Shown: positions 52,163-64,000 of the stretch, one piece after another
Layout of the letters: each line of letters starts with the position of its first letter
How positions within the stretch are numbered: position 1 is the stretch's first letter
From: Blasia pusilla
Taxonomy: Eukaryota
Reading direction: 5' to 3'
Assembly: GCA_050084515.1 (NCBI GenBank)
Contig: CM114271.1
Coordinates: forward strand, 5,890,001 to 5,954,000
DNA length: 64,000 bases
Made by a program: the position numbers and the translations under genes
Notes under the pieces: model-generated
Seen by the model: only the letters and a program-made list of their open reading frames with translations
Told to the model about the DNA's origin: nothing
Databases searched by the model: none

Positions 52163-55100
52163 CTCAACCCAACCTGTGTCAGAGAAGCGTCGAACTTCGA
52201 GTCATCGATCAGGATAAGAATTTTCAAAGATCAATACTTCTATTACAGCGCACCACTAACCCAAAAGCGGACACTCAGCTTCGACGAGAAGCTCACACAT
52301 CTCGTGAATTTGCGACGACACGTCCCCTCCAAACCCCTGGCCCGCAGTTGCAAAAATTCTTGCCCCGGTTTACCGTCACGATCGGTGCATTTTCAATCCT
52401 TGCGACTACCTCTTCGTACAACCGTCCACACAATCGTCGAGGTACGCCGGGACTCCCTCACGACAATGTAGGGGTTCACTCACCGTGCTCGTAGCTGACA
52501 GGTTTTCGTCGAATCACGGAGGATCGTCCTCGTTCACTCAAAATCCGGCGGGGCGGAACAGCAGGAGCATCCGACAGCGATAACAGTGAGGCGGAAGACG
52601 AAATTCGAAAACGAAATGAGGGTCAGCTTAGTCTTCTACGCGCCGAGGTGAACGGCGTGGCTCCCACAGGAAGAAGAGTCGCGTTCAAGGCTAACACTGA
52701 TCCGGGAAAACCCACAGTGGCGAAAAGGAGTGCACGCGGTTTGAGAAGGCACAGTGAAGCCACTATCAACTGCCTCCGGAGCGAGAAAAGCGACGATGTC
52801 CACATGCACGACACGGAGGTGCAGGCGAGGGGAACGTCCAAACTGAAGAAGTCCGGTGGGTAGCATGTATATACTCACAGCGAGTAGGATTGAAGTGTTC
52901 GATTTGGAGGAGAAGTCGAGAAGCGAGCTGCGAGTCTCGGCAATCTCTCTCACAATTTCGACCCGCCTAACTCGAAGATTGAGCTCCAGGGCCCCCTCGC
53001 CTACCCGCCCAGCGCGCGACGCAACGCGTACCTCGCAATAATTCAGCTACGAAAACTCCTCGCGACTCGAATACGACGCGCGCGGCACCGCTCCGAAGAC
53101 GGCAATCGGGGCGGCCCTCCTACGATGGCGGTCAGCCATCGAAAGCCACAGAGAGAGAAATGGTGGACTCCCAATTGAGACGGGCGGACCGCCACCACTG
53201 TCCCGGTTTTTTTCTTAATCAGCTGACAGGAGGCGCGACGTCCAACACCGCGAACCCAACACCTTACGGAATCGTCCTCGAAACGACAGTCGCCTCGAGG
53301 CAAGGCGGGGCAGAGCAGGGGCGGAAATTCAGTTCACTGACGGAAACCCGTGTGACGCATCATCCCCTAGGAGGACTGTCAGTTTGAAAATGAGCTGAAA
53401 CCACAGTGCTCTCTATTTCTCCGACAGAGCGGCATAATGAGAACCCAGGCTCACTCCGCATCCAAAGCAGCAGAGTTCGATCCAGGAAATCACGTCGACC
53501 TAACTCGACGAGCGCGTGTCAAAAGAGTCCGGGTGGGCTCGGAGGCCGTGGAGACGATGACGCGAAGAACATCGTACCGTAGCGGCAGAGCCCCGTAGGA
53601 TTATATAAAGTAGGCCAAAGCGTCCAGCAACTCCATGCCATACCACCCTCCGCCCGCCCCACCAGGAAACAAGAATGTTCCATGTGCTCGTAATGTGAGG
53701 CAAAAAGGCACGAGCTCCCCTCTGGCGCAGCACAGCGCTCCCGACTTCTATCGGCCTCTTCCTAACTGGCATGGACAACAGTCCCCTCACGGACCCGGGG
53801 CTCCCTGCTCTGCACTGCTGCCGTTAGACGCGTGGGGCTTCGCCGAACTCGCCGCGCGGCAGCAGCCACCTCCGGAGTCCGGACCATCGGATCGTGGAAT
53901 TTCGGAACGACGAAACGCTCTTCGACCCTCTCCTCGCTATTCAAGCGAAGCCCCGGCGCTGGCGGTACCGGTCCCATGCCAGCGTATCCCTGGCCACCTC
54001 GGTAAAATGCTCCGCTCCACCGGACGGAGCGGAGCAGCTTGGAAAATATATTGAAAGTCAGACGCAGGAAACCGACAAGGTGAAAACTCGCTTTTTACTC
54101 GCCATAAGCGCATGAGCGATGGATAACACCTTTCCCTGATGATCCGACACATCCGGTCCGGGTGAGATCCAGATGCGACCTAGCGTTGAACATTTTTGTA
54201 GACTTTCATTGTTTTCTTTTCCGCCGTCCTTCCTTCCTTCCTCACCACCCATCCCCGTCCACTCCCACGCCGTCGTGGATGACGCTCTCCTATTATCCGT
54301 CCCCTTCGTTACCTGCGCTGACGGCCCCACTCACTCTTGATCCCGAAGGCACTGGACGACTTGCGTCCAAGTTCCGTGCTGCGTCAGAAGCCGGCCCTTC
54401 GCGCGTCCGAGTTCCCACAGCCGCCGTCGTCAATCTCAGGTCCTTCGTTGGCGGAACCAAACCGGAAGACCCTACTACTACTGTAGCTAGGCCAGTCTGC
54501 GCGATTCCCCCCTCCCTTCGCACAGTCTGGAAAGGTGCTCGGCGGCACCGGCCTCCAATCTGGACGAGCTACTTTCGCCGCCGAATTTGGCGGCCTGCGT
54601 TACTAGAATCTCTGCACGATTATTTTCTGTTTTCCGTAGTTAGTTTTCGTTTGTTGAATAAACCGGCTTAAGAAACGTCCGACGACTTTTTGCTGAAGCG
54701 TCCGTTGTAACTCCTTTTTCATTCTATGCCGTTTCTTTTGTGTGGTGTGAGGAATGTTTATCGATTTCTTGGACGGTGGAAAAACTAATTCATGTATGAA
54801 ACTCACATCTTATCTAGTGGGAAAAACTCCTCACTACCTCATTTACTCGAAGACAAAATTCGTTTGAACTATTAGCAACATGTTAGTGATAGTTACTTTG
54901 ATTCAACCTATGTTTACCATATCGCAGAAATTAAGCCCGTGGATTATAGGTATATACCACTAGTGTGGAAAATCTTACCTTAGAAAAATAAATAAAATTT
55001 AAAGATGAAGTCGTGTAAGTAATGTTAGTGGTACAAATTCTCATTATTATTATGGTCCATTATTCATGGGAAATTGGCCCAAAAGTATTTGTAAAAAATA

Positions 55101-55493
55101 GTAGCTTGAAAGTGGTTGGTAGGGAAATTTTGTTGATCATTTTCCCTTTCTCAAACTTAAACTTCACATGGTTCTTTACATTATCAGATTTTCTCATTGC
55201 AATTTTTTGTCTCATGATAAGACAAACGTGGGATATTTCTTCAAAGCCTCATTAACGATAGAATTTCCATAAGCACAAAATATCCAAAAAGTGAGCCTCA
55301 TATTAGAAACATTCCCTCGCCTAAATCCAAAGCCTTGGAAGTATAACTTGAATATTCAAAATAGTAGGATAATTGAGATATGGTTTTATAATAGGCAAGT
55401 AGATCACACTCCTACCCATTGCACACTAGACATCAGATTAATGACCAATCATTTTCATTTACTCTTAGTTTCGAACTCTAGCCTAGTGGCATA

Positions 55494-56225
55494 TGTCGTG
55501 CGCATACACGTCGCTACACAACATATATCGTTGTCATCGAATACACACACAAATACACAAGATACCATACTAATTCATGGCATCTAAACATCAAGACGAT
55601 CGAGTACCAAAATATCTCAACTCACCCCCTCCCCCCTAGCTTGTGGTTAGGTCCCTTTAACTTGAGATAGCCATCTATCCCTACCCACCATATCACACAT
55701 CTCTAGGAAGCTCACAGAAAAATTGTCGGGTGCTCATCTGGCCTCATTGTCAATCGTCTTCTTGTCATCCATGTCATAGACACAAGTTGGGGTCTATGAT
55801 TACCTAGTATCTATCAGACATGCCATATGTCACCCTCTCGAATATCCATCACAAACTAGCATCGTGGTTGCACCACGGGAAAAATCACACAACATACAAC
55901 ATAGGCCTACAAGAACCACTACTAAGCTTGGATCAAATGTAGTGTCAATGTTATGAAGGTGACATGGCGCATAATTACGCACATGATCCTTCCAAACTAC
56001 ACCATTAAAGAACATCAGATGGTGAAACATCTAGCACTCGCAAGATGGTGCATCCCACGGTCACATCCAACGTCGTGGGTTCCGTCTGTTTCAAGTAGAT
56101 ACAGTCTCCCTGATGAAACCTCTGGATCGTCGATCGATAACCATCTCCTCAAATAGTCGCATGCCTCAAAGTATCTCAATGTTGCGCAATCGCGAAGTTC
56201 TCAAATGCCATGGGTAATACTCAAT
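55494..56225 (-). mobile_element. 3' remnant of a PHD-finger Gypsy element (family 2)
   Basis: Homologous to 58608-59430 (WKDHVRNYAPCHLHNID..CMLCDFSRGATTMLVCDG). A polypurine tract at 55636-55625 is followed directly by terminal module A (TGAGTTGAGAT...TGCGCACGACA). Confidence 0.85.
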
Positions 56226-57987
56226 GAAACAACTCATCCAAGGAAGAGCTTGTGTAAATGTATACATGCATACAAGATTAGACTTACGCATGCCATATGG
56301 TATATCCACACTCTCCATTCTTCCAACTAGTTTTGAAATATTAGCCCCATAACACCTGGTATGTATGGTGTCATGCATGGAGTGTAACCTTGGCCAACAT
56401 TTAGATTCTTTTTGGTGAAATGGTTTTATTCCATGTGCAAACTTCCATTGCCGACGTCATGTAGCCCTACCACCATATGTTTTTGTAGAGGTCTTGGAAG
56501 TTGTTGTGAGCACTCATTCATTCTTTTTAGGTTACATGTCATATGATCACAAAGCGAGGAGACATAACCAAAAATTTGGTTAATTCATGCTTTTTGCCTT
56601 GTTCTTAACAAACACAACCCTATTGAGTTGGTGGTATGCATAGTCCATAGAGTAGTATGTAGAGTGTAATGAAACTTCATGGGTATGTTTGCATACTATT
56701 CCTATTGGGGAGTTGATAGAGGTATGGGGAAGGATATTTATAGTCAAGGAATCTACCTTGCATCCTAATAAGGAAGTCAAATTATTTGCAATATATAAGG
56801 TAGTCATCAATAATGCACACGATGTGGATAGATAACTTATTTTGCTTCCCTAAGTTGATGCTTTGTACTCCCGTTAAAAATCGAGTGAGATGGTGACGAG
56901 GCCTTCCTCATTCATTTTGATTGTAAAAGAAACCAATAGTGAGCAATCCTATACAATTCTCGCGTCAGTTTTATGTTTTATTCAATCATTCAGTCATAGT
57001 AAAGAAGGTCACATCAAAAGGGATGATATGGAGGATCAACATAAATAGTTCTACTTGCGATGGAAAAGAATTAATATATTTCAACTAATGGATCAATGAG
57101 ACAAAATAGTAACAAACTTACTATCTTGAATTGCCCCTTGAGATTGGACACTTTCATCGGTATAAATTTTGTAAGGAAAAAGGTCGTGTTTGAATCTGAG
57201 GGAGATAGAAAGTGGTCGTAAAGGGGAAGATTTATTTGGACTCCCCCAAAAAGGGGAGGAGTGGGGATTCTTTTTAGTGAGGAGTGGAATGTTTATTAAG
57301 GGTGTAGGAGGATTTTAAAGAAGGTGAAGTGAAGGTTGTTACAAAGGCTAGGAAATTATTTGGGATCAAGGAATGGAAAAGTGGAATGTTCATTAAGGGT
57401 TTCGAATTCAAAGAAACACCTTACATACAAATTTTATTTTATTTTAAATATCCTTTTGTGTGTAGTGCATGCATGTTGACCACTAATACATAAAATCATA
57501 AGTTTTTTCATAAACTTTGGAACGTTCCATTTCGTGAACTTATTTGACCATGATATGGTATGAAAGAGGGCACACACTTTCATGAATGGCATGCGATGCG
57601 GGGAAAGTGCCATCCTTATTCTATCCCAAATTAATGGAAAGATGGTAGATCAACTTAGTAGATGTGTTCGAGTCAGTCTCCAATATGGGACACCTAACTT
57701 TTCCATTTCTCCTTCAATATCGTAGAAAACTTCATCTAAAACCATAATTTATTGTGTGGAATGCCAAGAACTCACAATCCATGACCATAGATATCTTCAA
57801 TCTTGAAATATTCTAATATTCTCATCCCATAAATTATCACAAGAATTTACATATGAAAAATATTCTTCCATAATCTCAATATCAAGAGTTGGAGTGATAT
57901 TTCATAATAGAAGGTATGTAATTCCATACAAGACTCCAATGAGAATATTCTTGAGTGTATCACTCATCCTCCATATAGCTACATATT

Positions 57988-60900
57988 TGTCGTGCGCATA
58001 TACATCGCTGTCACCAAACACACAAACACACACGATCCCATGCTTACTCATGGCATCCAAACAACGAGACAATAAGTACCAAAATATCTCCAATAAATCA
58101 AGATCCAATCTCTCTCAACACCATAGCTCTCAAATATGTACACTCTCACATGTCTCTCTCAATGTCAAACCAAACCCACTCTCCTAATGAGAGGGTTGGG
58201 TTACACTCACAAGGCAAGGGACCATAGCTCCGCCGCCTCCTGCCAAGAAGTTCAACACAGAAATAATGAGCTCTCAAGCTCTCTCTCTTGGAGGTATAAC
58301 CCCTTCCCTCTCCCAAGCTCTCTCCTTGGTAACCTATGCTCGTAGGTCACCTCCTTGGCTCTTGACCTGCTGTAGCGGGTCAAGGGTCACTTCCCAAAGT
58401 GGAAAGTAAACTATACCAAATATGGAGATTTACCCAGAATAGTAAGTTTCTCTATATGGCTCCAAATGAGTAGAAATGAAGGGGAAACCTGCTCGTGCAG
58501 GTTACCCATGGCCTCAGCATGTCATCCTGGACCTCTTGAGGCTATCCTCTAGTATCCCCAAAGGCGCTCTACTAGATCTCGCCAATCTATCCTAAAGTCG
58601 TGACTGTTATCGTGCGCATACACATCGCTACCACCGAACATACACACAAACACACACAATCCCATGCTAACTCATGGCATCCAAAAAATGAGACAAGAAG
58701 TACCAAAATATCTCCAATCGCCCCCCTAGTTGGTGGTTAGATCCCTCTAACTCCATATAGCCATCTATCCCTACCTACCATGACATGCATCTCTTGGACG
58801 CTAAGAGCAAAAAGATCGAGTGCTCATTCAGCCCCATCTTTAGTCACCTTCTTGTCATCCATGTCACAGACACAAGTCAGAATCTATAACTACCTACTCT
58901 ATGTACATCTGGGACATATCCATCTTCCCTGAGAAATCCTAGGGAGAAGTAACGTCAAACATGCCATATGCCATCCTCTCGAACACCCATCATAGACTAC
59001 CACAGTGGCTGCATCATGGACGGAACCACACAACATACATTGCAAGCCTGCAGGAACTATTGCTAAGCTCGGATCAACACTTTCGTCAATGTTTGGAAGA
59101 TGACATGGCGCACAGTTACGCACATGGTCCTCCCAAACCATACCATCATGTCCCTCTAATAAGAGAACACCGGATGACAAAACCTCACGCACTCTCAAGA
59201 TGTTGCGCCCGGAGCTATTATCTCCAAGACAGATATAGCAAAACTACACAGCGGGCTCTGGCCACCAGACATCCGGAAACCAATCTATGTCATTCAAGGA
59301 GCCCATAGCAACATACTTTTGATTGATAAAACCTTCGGATAGTAGGTTCATAACCACCTCCCCGAATAGTCACATACCTCAATATATCCCGATGTTGCCC
59401 AATTGTTAGATTCTCAAACGCCATGGGCATCACTCTCCAGAAAAAAACTCAGCCCTCTGAGAATATACTTGCATCCATACATCAGGGTCATCAAGGTTCA
59501 TCACCTCACCAACATCTCGACAAATAGCCCCAAGTAAATCTGGCTCTCGGCCATACAAAAGCAAATACGGTGAAAAAAATGCTAAGGATGCATGCCTGCT
59601 GAATCTATATCTCATCGCCAACCACTGTCGCGCCCCTACTCTCCTTGAACGTCAATCTTTAGTGTTGCGAAAGCGTACGTTCAGTAGGACACGATCTCAT
59701 TGCCGATCTGCACCCAAACACGCACTCTCGTTAGTCGGGTCTGGGCCAACCAGCGTTCCCAACCCACCAAGTTCTCAACTTGGCGTCTCATCAAGCTCAA
59801 CCTTCCTTAATTCCTAGTTTCCAAAACATGGCAAGTCCTTCAAGACTTGGAACAGACTTCCTGATTAGTCCAGGAACCTAAAACGGCACTTGCGCGCCTA
59901 GCAATCCCAACTGTTCAACGAACCTTGTGCAAGTTCCAAACCGAGACCGAAGTAATTGAGTCGCGGGGTGAAATCCAAGAGGGATGTCTAAAATCACCTC
60001 CGTAGACTTGGTTCAAGTTTTCCAACCCAACCCCAAACTCTCGATCGGTTCCATGCCCTTGAGCCGCCCCGTGGCGCCCAAAGTGGGGTTTGAGTTCCAA
60101 GCACTCTCGGAGATCTTCCCCCTCACTAGTACTTCTGGGGTTCTCCAATAACCCCCCCCCCCCCCCCCCTCCCCCCCTTTTGGAAAAGGAGGGTCGGGCC
60201 CTTCATTGTGGCCCTCAACCCGACTCTACATACAATCATTTTTGGGTTGTTTCTCAGCCGCTGCTTATGCGTTTGCAGAGATCTTTAGTGCGTTTGAACC
60301 GACTTTCTATAAGACTTCCAACGCATCCTTGTTAAATCCAAACGCATCTTGGTGCTAAAAGTTATGGTTATAAAACAGTCAGAAACTCTCAAACGCTAGT
60401 GGCGTTCCAAATCCGGATTCTTCCTTTGGCAACCCACTTTCTAGACTCGACTCCTTTCAAGTCTTATTCCGTGTTTGGTCCAGGTTTCTCGATCGCCACC
60501 ACAACATCTGAAACGCAAAGTCTCGCTTGCGTCTCATCTCTCGTCTCTTCTTCGAGACTACTCCAACGCGCAAACCATCTTAGCGTGAGCCCGCTAATGT
60601 TTCGATGTTCCGCTTGGCACTCGTTTGGTCATGAGGGTCACGACAACCACGGAAAATGAAGATCCCAGTCTTCTAGGTGATCTCTCTACAAGCCATACTT
60701 GCATAATCCTCTCTTCACCGTCTGCACAACCCGCTCCGCTAGTCCATCCGCCTTAGGATGATCTCGCGAAGTCGTGTCGTGGTCGATTAGTGCCTCAAAC
60801 TCCCCGCAAAACTCTGTACTCTAGTATGTCAACACCTCAGCTGGTGCGTCATAATGACTTAGCACTAGATTTAGGAAGGCATACGCTACTCCCTCACTCG

Positions 60901-63640
60901 CTTTGTCAGGCCACGCAACAAACTCTATCCATTTTGAGAAGTGCTCGACCATTGCCAACACATAATGACTATGGTGCTCTGTCAAAGGTACAGGTCCTAC
61001 AAATCCAAACTATGGCCATCTATAGCCTAAAACAATGATCTAAAGTGGATGCAACTATGGAGTTAGAGCATTGAACGATGTCCAGACTCGATCATATACC
61101 ATGCATCTGGCAACAAACTGCTGAACGTTAGTCTACATGCCTCGCCACAATATTGAATCTGGAGCAAGCTGTACTTCCGCTTCACTCCAAAATGACCCAA
61201 CTCCTCGTGGGCATGATGCACCAAACATGCTCTCTGTAAAGGACGAGGCACTACACGCACTCTACCATCCTCCCAAACTCGCAACACATGTGGCCCCTCT
61301 CATCGGAACCGTATGGTTGGCTATAGGATACGATCCTGCTCTTTAGCATCACTATGCTTGCGACACTGCCAGTGCGTAGGTACTCCAAGACCACTCCATC
61401 GTCGTGAATGTCTAGGCCACCTATCGCCTCCTCACTGGCCTCTGGATCTAAGGACTCTCCATCAAACCTCGCGACCGAAGTCTCAACAACTTGGCTCTCC
61501 ATAGCCAACAAGTCCAAATAGGCTAACGCGTGCCATCTTGGCACCAACTCCTCATCAATCTCACCATGCCAACGAGCTCGATTTGCATCTTGCTGACTCG
61601 GGCATGGGTTATAGCTCAAACCATCTACATCTTGGTTGAGCATCCCAGGTCTATGCACCACCTGGAAGTCATACTCCTGCAACAAAAGAGCCCACCTCGC
61701 AAGCTTTCCAGTAAGCTTTTTGGACTCCATCAACCACTTAAGTGGTTGATGATCAATAATGATGGTAAAGGGTTTGTCGAATAGATAACATCTGAAATGT
61801 GTGACAGCCCACATCGTAGCCAAGCACTCACCCTCATACAAGCTATACTTCGCCTCTGCAGCATTGTTCGAGCGACTAGCATAAGCCACCACAAACTCTC
61901 TACACTCATCATCATGTTGGGTGAGCACTACTCCAAGTCCCAACATGCTCCAATATATGTGCAACTGGAATGGACGCCCCCTGATCGGTCTCCTCAATAT
62001 AGGCACGAACGTCAATCTGTCTTTGAGTAGCTAAAATGCTCTCTCGTGCTCATCCTCCCAGTGCCACTCCTCATCCACCTTAATCAGCAAGGTTGACGGC
62101 TTTGCAATTGAACTGAAACCCTTGACGTACCGTCGATAGAAGTTTTCCAATCCCATGAATGCACCAACTCGACTCACATCTGTAGGGCGTGGAATGCGTG
62201 AAATAGCCTCTACCTTTTTCTGTTGCATGCCAAGGCCCCCTAGGTATATCGTATGACCAAGGTACTCAATCTGGTCGTAGAAGAACTTGCACTTGCCAGG
62301 ATGTAGCTTCAGCCCATGTAACTGCAATCGTTGAAACACCTCCTCTAGATGTCGCTCATGCTCCTCAACTGTGGAGCTAAAGATTACGATGTCATCAATA
62401 TAACACCTAGCAAAATCCAGACCTACCAAGATCCTACCCATGACCCTTTGAAACTCATACGGAGCGTTGTTTAAGCCAAATGGTAAGAACCGCCACTGAA
62501 AGAAATAATCCTTCCCGTGAGGATCGATGCCCCAAAATACCGTCTTCTGCGTGTCCTCCAATCTGATAGGCAACTGATGGTATCGGGCTCAAAGATCTAA
62601 CAAACTAAAGACCTTTGCATGCCCAATAGCATCAAAGATATCCTCAGGGGTGGGCATGTCATACCTATCAAACTTCGCGTGCCGATTGATAGGTCGGTAA
62701 TCTCCACACATCTGCCTATCTGTCCAGTTGCCATGCACATCCTTCTTGGTTGGCATGACCATGGCAGATGCATACTTTCAATGGGACATCTCCACTAGTC
62801 CTGCTCCAACCAAGTCATGGCTCCTACTCTGAATCATAGCCCTCTCTATATCACTATACATGTAGGACCGTCAGAAGATAGGCGTGTTGCTCGATAACTC
62901 AATGCAAATCCCTAGACCCTTCAGCATACCCAAGTCATGCATACTAAATGCAAAGCAGCTCCTATAACTCCTAAGGAACTGGTGTATCCAACGCCGCTCT
63001 CCTCCTATCAACTTGGGGCCCATATCTGGCTCCCAAGGCTCTGACGTGGGTGTAGGTAGTTGCTATGTTGCAACCCCGTCTCGGACAACAAAACTCGACT
63101 GCTCCCCTGCAGCCAACTGCAAAATCGGATCTCCATGTGAAGTATCTGGAACCACCCTCGATGTTGTGGCTACCATCCCTTGGCGTACTTGCAAAAAATC
63201 CCAAGAAGTCCAAGGGTATCTCTCTCGATCACCCCTGGTGTGTCGGTCTCCTGGAGTCTCGCCCTCAGCCACTACCTCAACCGTCTCGGTAGGCATGGGG
63301 CTCACCAACGCAATAATTGTGATCTGTTCCATCCTCAAATGACACTGCTCAGCTACGCCCAAGCTGAACATCCATGTCAAGCACTTCAAGTCCATCTCTT
63401 GACGCAAGACATGACATCGTGATGCCTTTGATAGTGACGGTATTATCGTCACTCCTGTGGGGAATCCCATCGCTTGCTCTTACTCATCAGCGTTGGGCTC
63501 CACCAACCGATGTACCTCGTCATCCCAAACCTAGCCAAGTCCGGCCTTCTTAAATGCATAGGAAGCGGAAAAACTCACCAGTGTGGGAAAGGCTACCCGT
63601 GGCATGCCAATCGTGTTGTTGTCTAAGAGGAGCATGTCAT
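57988..63640 (-). mobile_element. Decayed Ty3/Gypsy LTR retrotransposon (family 2): RT, RNase H, integrase, PHD finger
   Basis: RT: LPFGLNNAPYEFQRVM..CYIDDIVIFS..KLHPGKC (62573-62031). RNase H: VVAYASRSNN..YEGECLA..DHQPLKWL..KLARWALLLQEYDF. Integrase HHCC start: HAHEELGHFG. Integrase core near 60900-60650. PHD: CMLC..GCSRGWHMACL..WICPRC (59050-58899). PPT at 58726-58721. Many stops and frameshifts; the 5' boundary is approximate. Confidence 0.92.
59626..60645. mobile_element. Solo LTR, family 1, nested in the integrase of the family 2 element
   Basis: Perfect TGTCG...CGACA termini and a perfect TSD ACCAC (59621-59625 and 60646-60650). Removing it restores ..DLHFPWLAMRYRFS.. Confidence 0.95.
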
Positions 63641-63981
63641 TTAGTAGATGGAACAAGGTTTTTGCTAAAAAACAACTCTTCTAAGTTTAGTGAAATCAAA
63701 ATGTTCAATAAATGAGATGTGTTGGCCTCGGGATATAAATGAATGCATGCATCGTCTTCTAAAACTCTATATCATGGTTTCCATTATCTACATCGAAGTG
63801 TTGCTAGATGAAGCCCATCATCGCATGTGCATCCTCATCATCTAGAATATTCGTCTAGGATCGACAACCTTATGACCTAAATTAGTATATAATCTCCTTC
63901 TTAACAACATTACATGCCAATCATCATCCATCCTTCTAGCCAAATATGCATAATGATTAATTGCACATAGGGGTAGAAATA

Positions 63982-64000
63982 TGTCATGACTTTTAGGATA
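63982..64000 (+). mobile_element. Probable start of another family 2 terminal repeat (module B), running off the window
   Basis: TGTCATGACTTTTAGGATA resembles the reverse complement of 58588-58605 (AGTCACGACTTTAGGATA). Only 19 nt are visible. Confidence 0.5.

Noticed and set aside
51407..52471. 354-aa antisense ORF over GINT1 exons 1-2
   Set aside because: It has a TTG start and no recognisable motifs, and is partly the shadow of real exons. One such open stretch among thousands of stop-to-stop intervals is plausible by chance.
53775..53845. RNase MRP-like P4 motifs (AGTCCCC ... GGGGCTT)
   Set aside because: The halves are only about 50 nt apart and the flanking conserved residues are missing.

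Overview
Eukaryotic genomic DNA from a land plant. The gene set, intron style and TE types suggest a bryophyte or lycophyte, which is an inference. Four multi-exon genes were assembled by hand with frame-consistent GT-AG junctions: (1) a CPL4/FCP1-type RNA polymerase II CTD phosphatase (minus, 5024-13484); (2) a heptahelical PAQR/HHP membrane protein (plus, 22513-26250); (3) a large conserved plant protein that I recall as the At3g60310/FANCC family (plus, 33509-39637, needs a search to confirm); and (4) a GT64 GINT1-type glycosyltransferase (minus, 48951-52162). Introns and intergenic space hold four ~1 kb solo LTRs of one family, each with its own 5-bp TSD, decayed PHD-finger-bearing Ty3/Gypsy elements, Helitron remnants and several non-LTR retrotransposon 3' fragments. 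I cannot prove a new biological system. The best leads are: an unusual PPT-A-B-A terminal architecture of the PHD-Gypsy family; a LINE family that sits at CT-rich tracts and stacks head-to-tail in introns; the FANCC-like gene; short inverted duplications at insertion junctions; and two unexplained GC-rich, promoter-like islands (about 1-4.8 kb and 53.4-54.7 kb).
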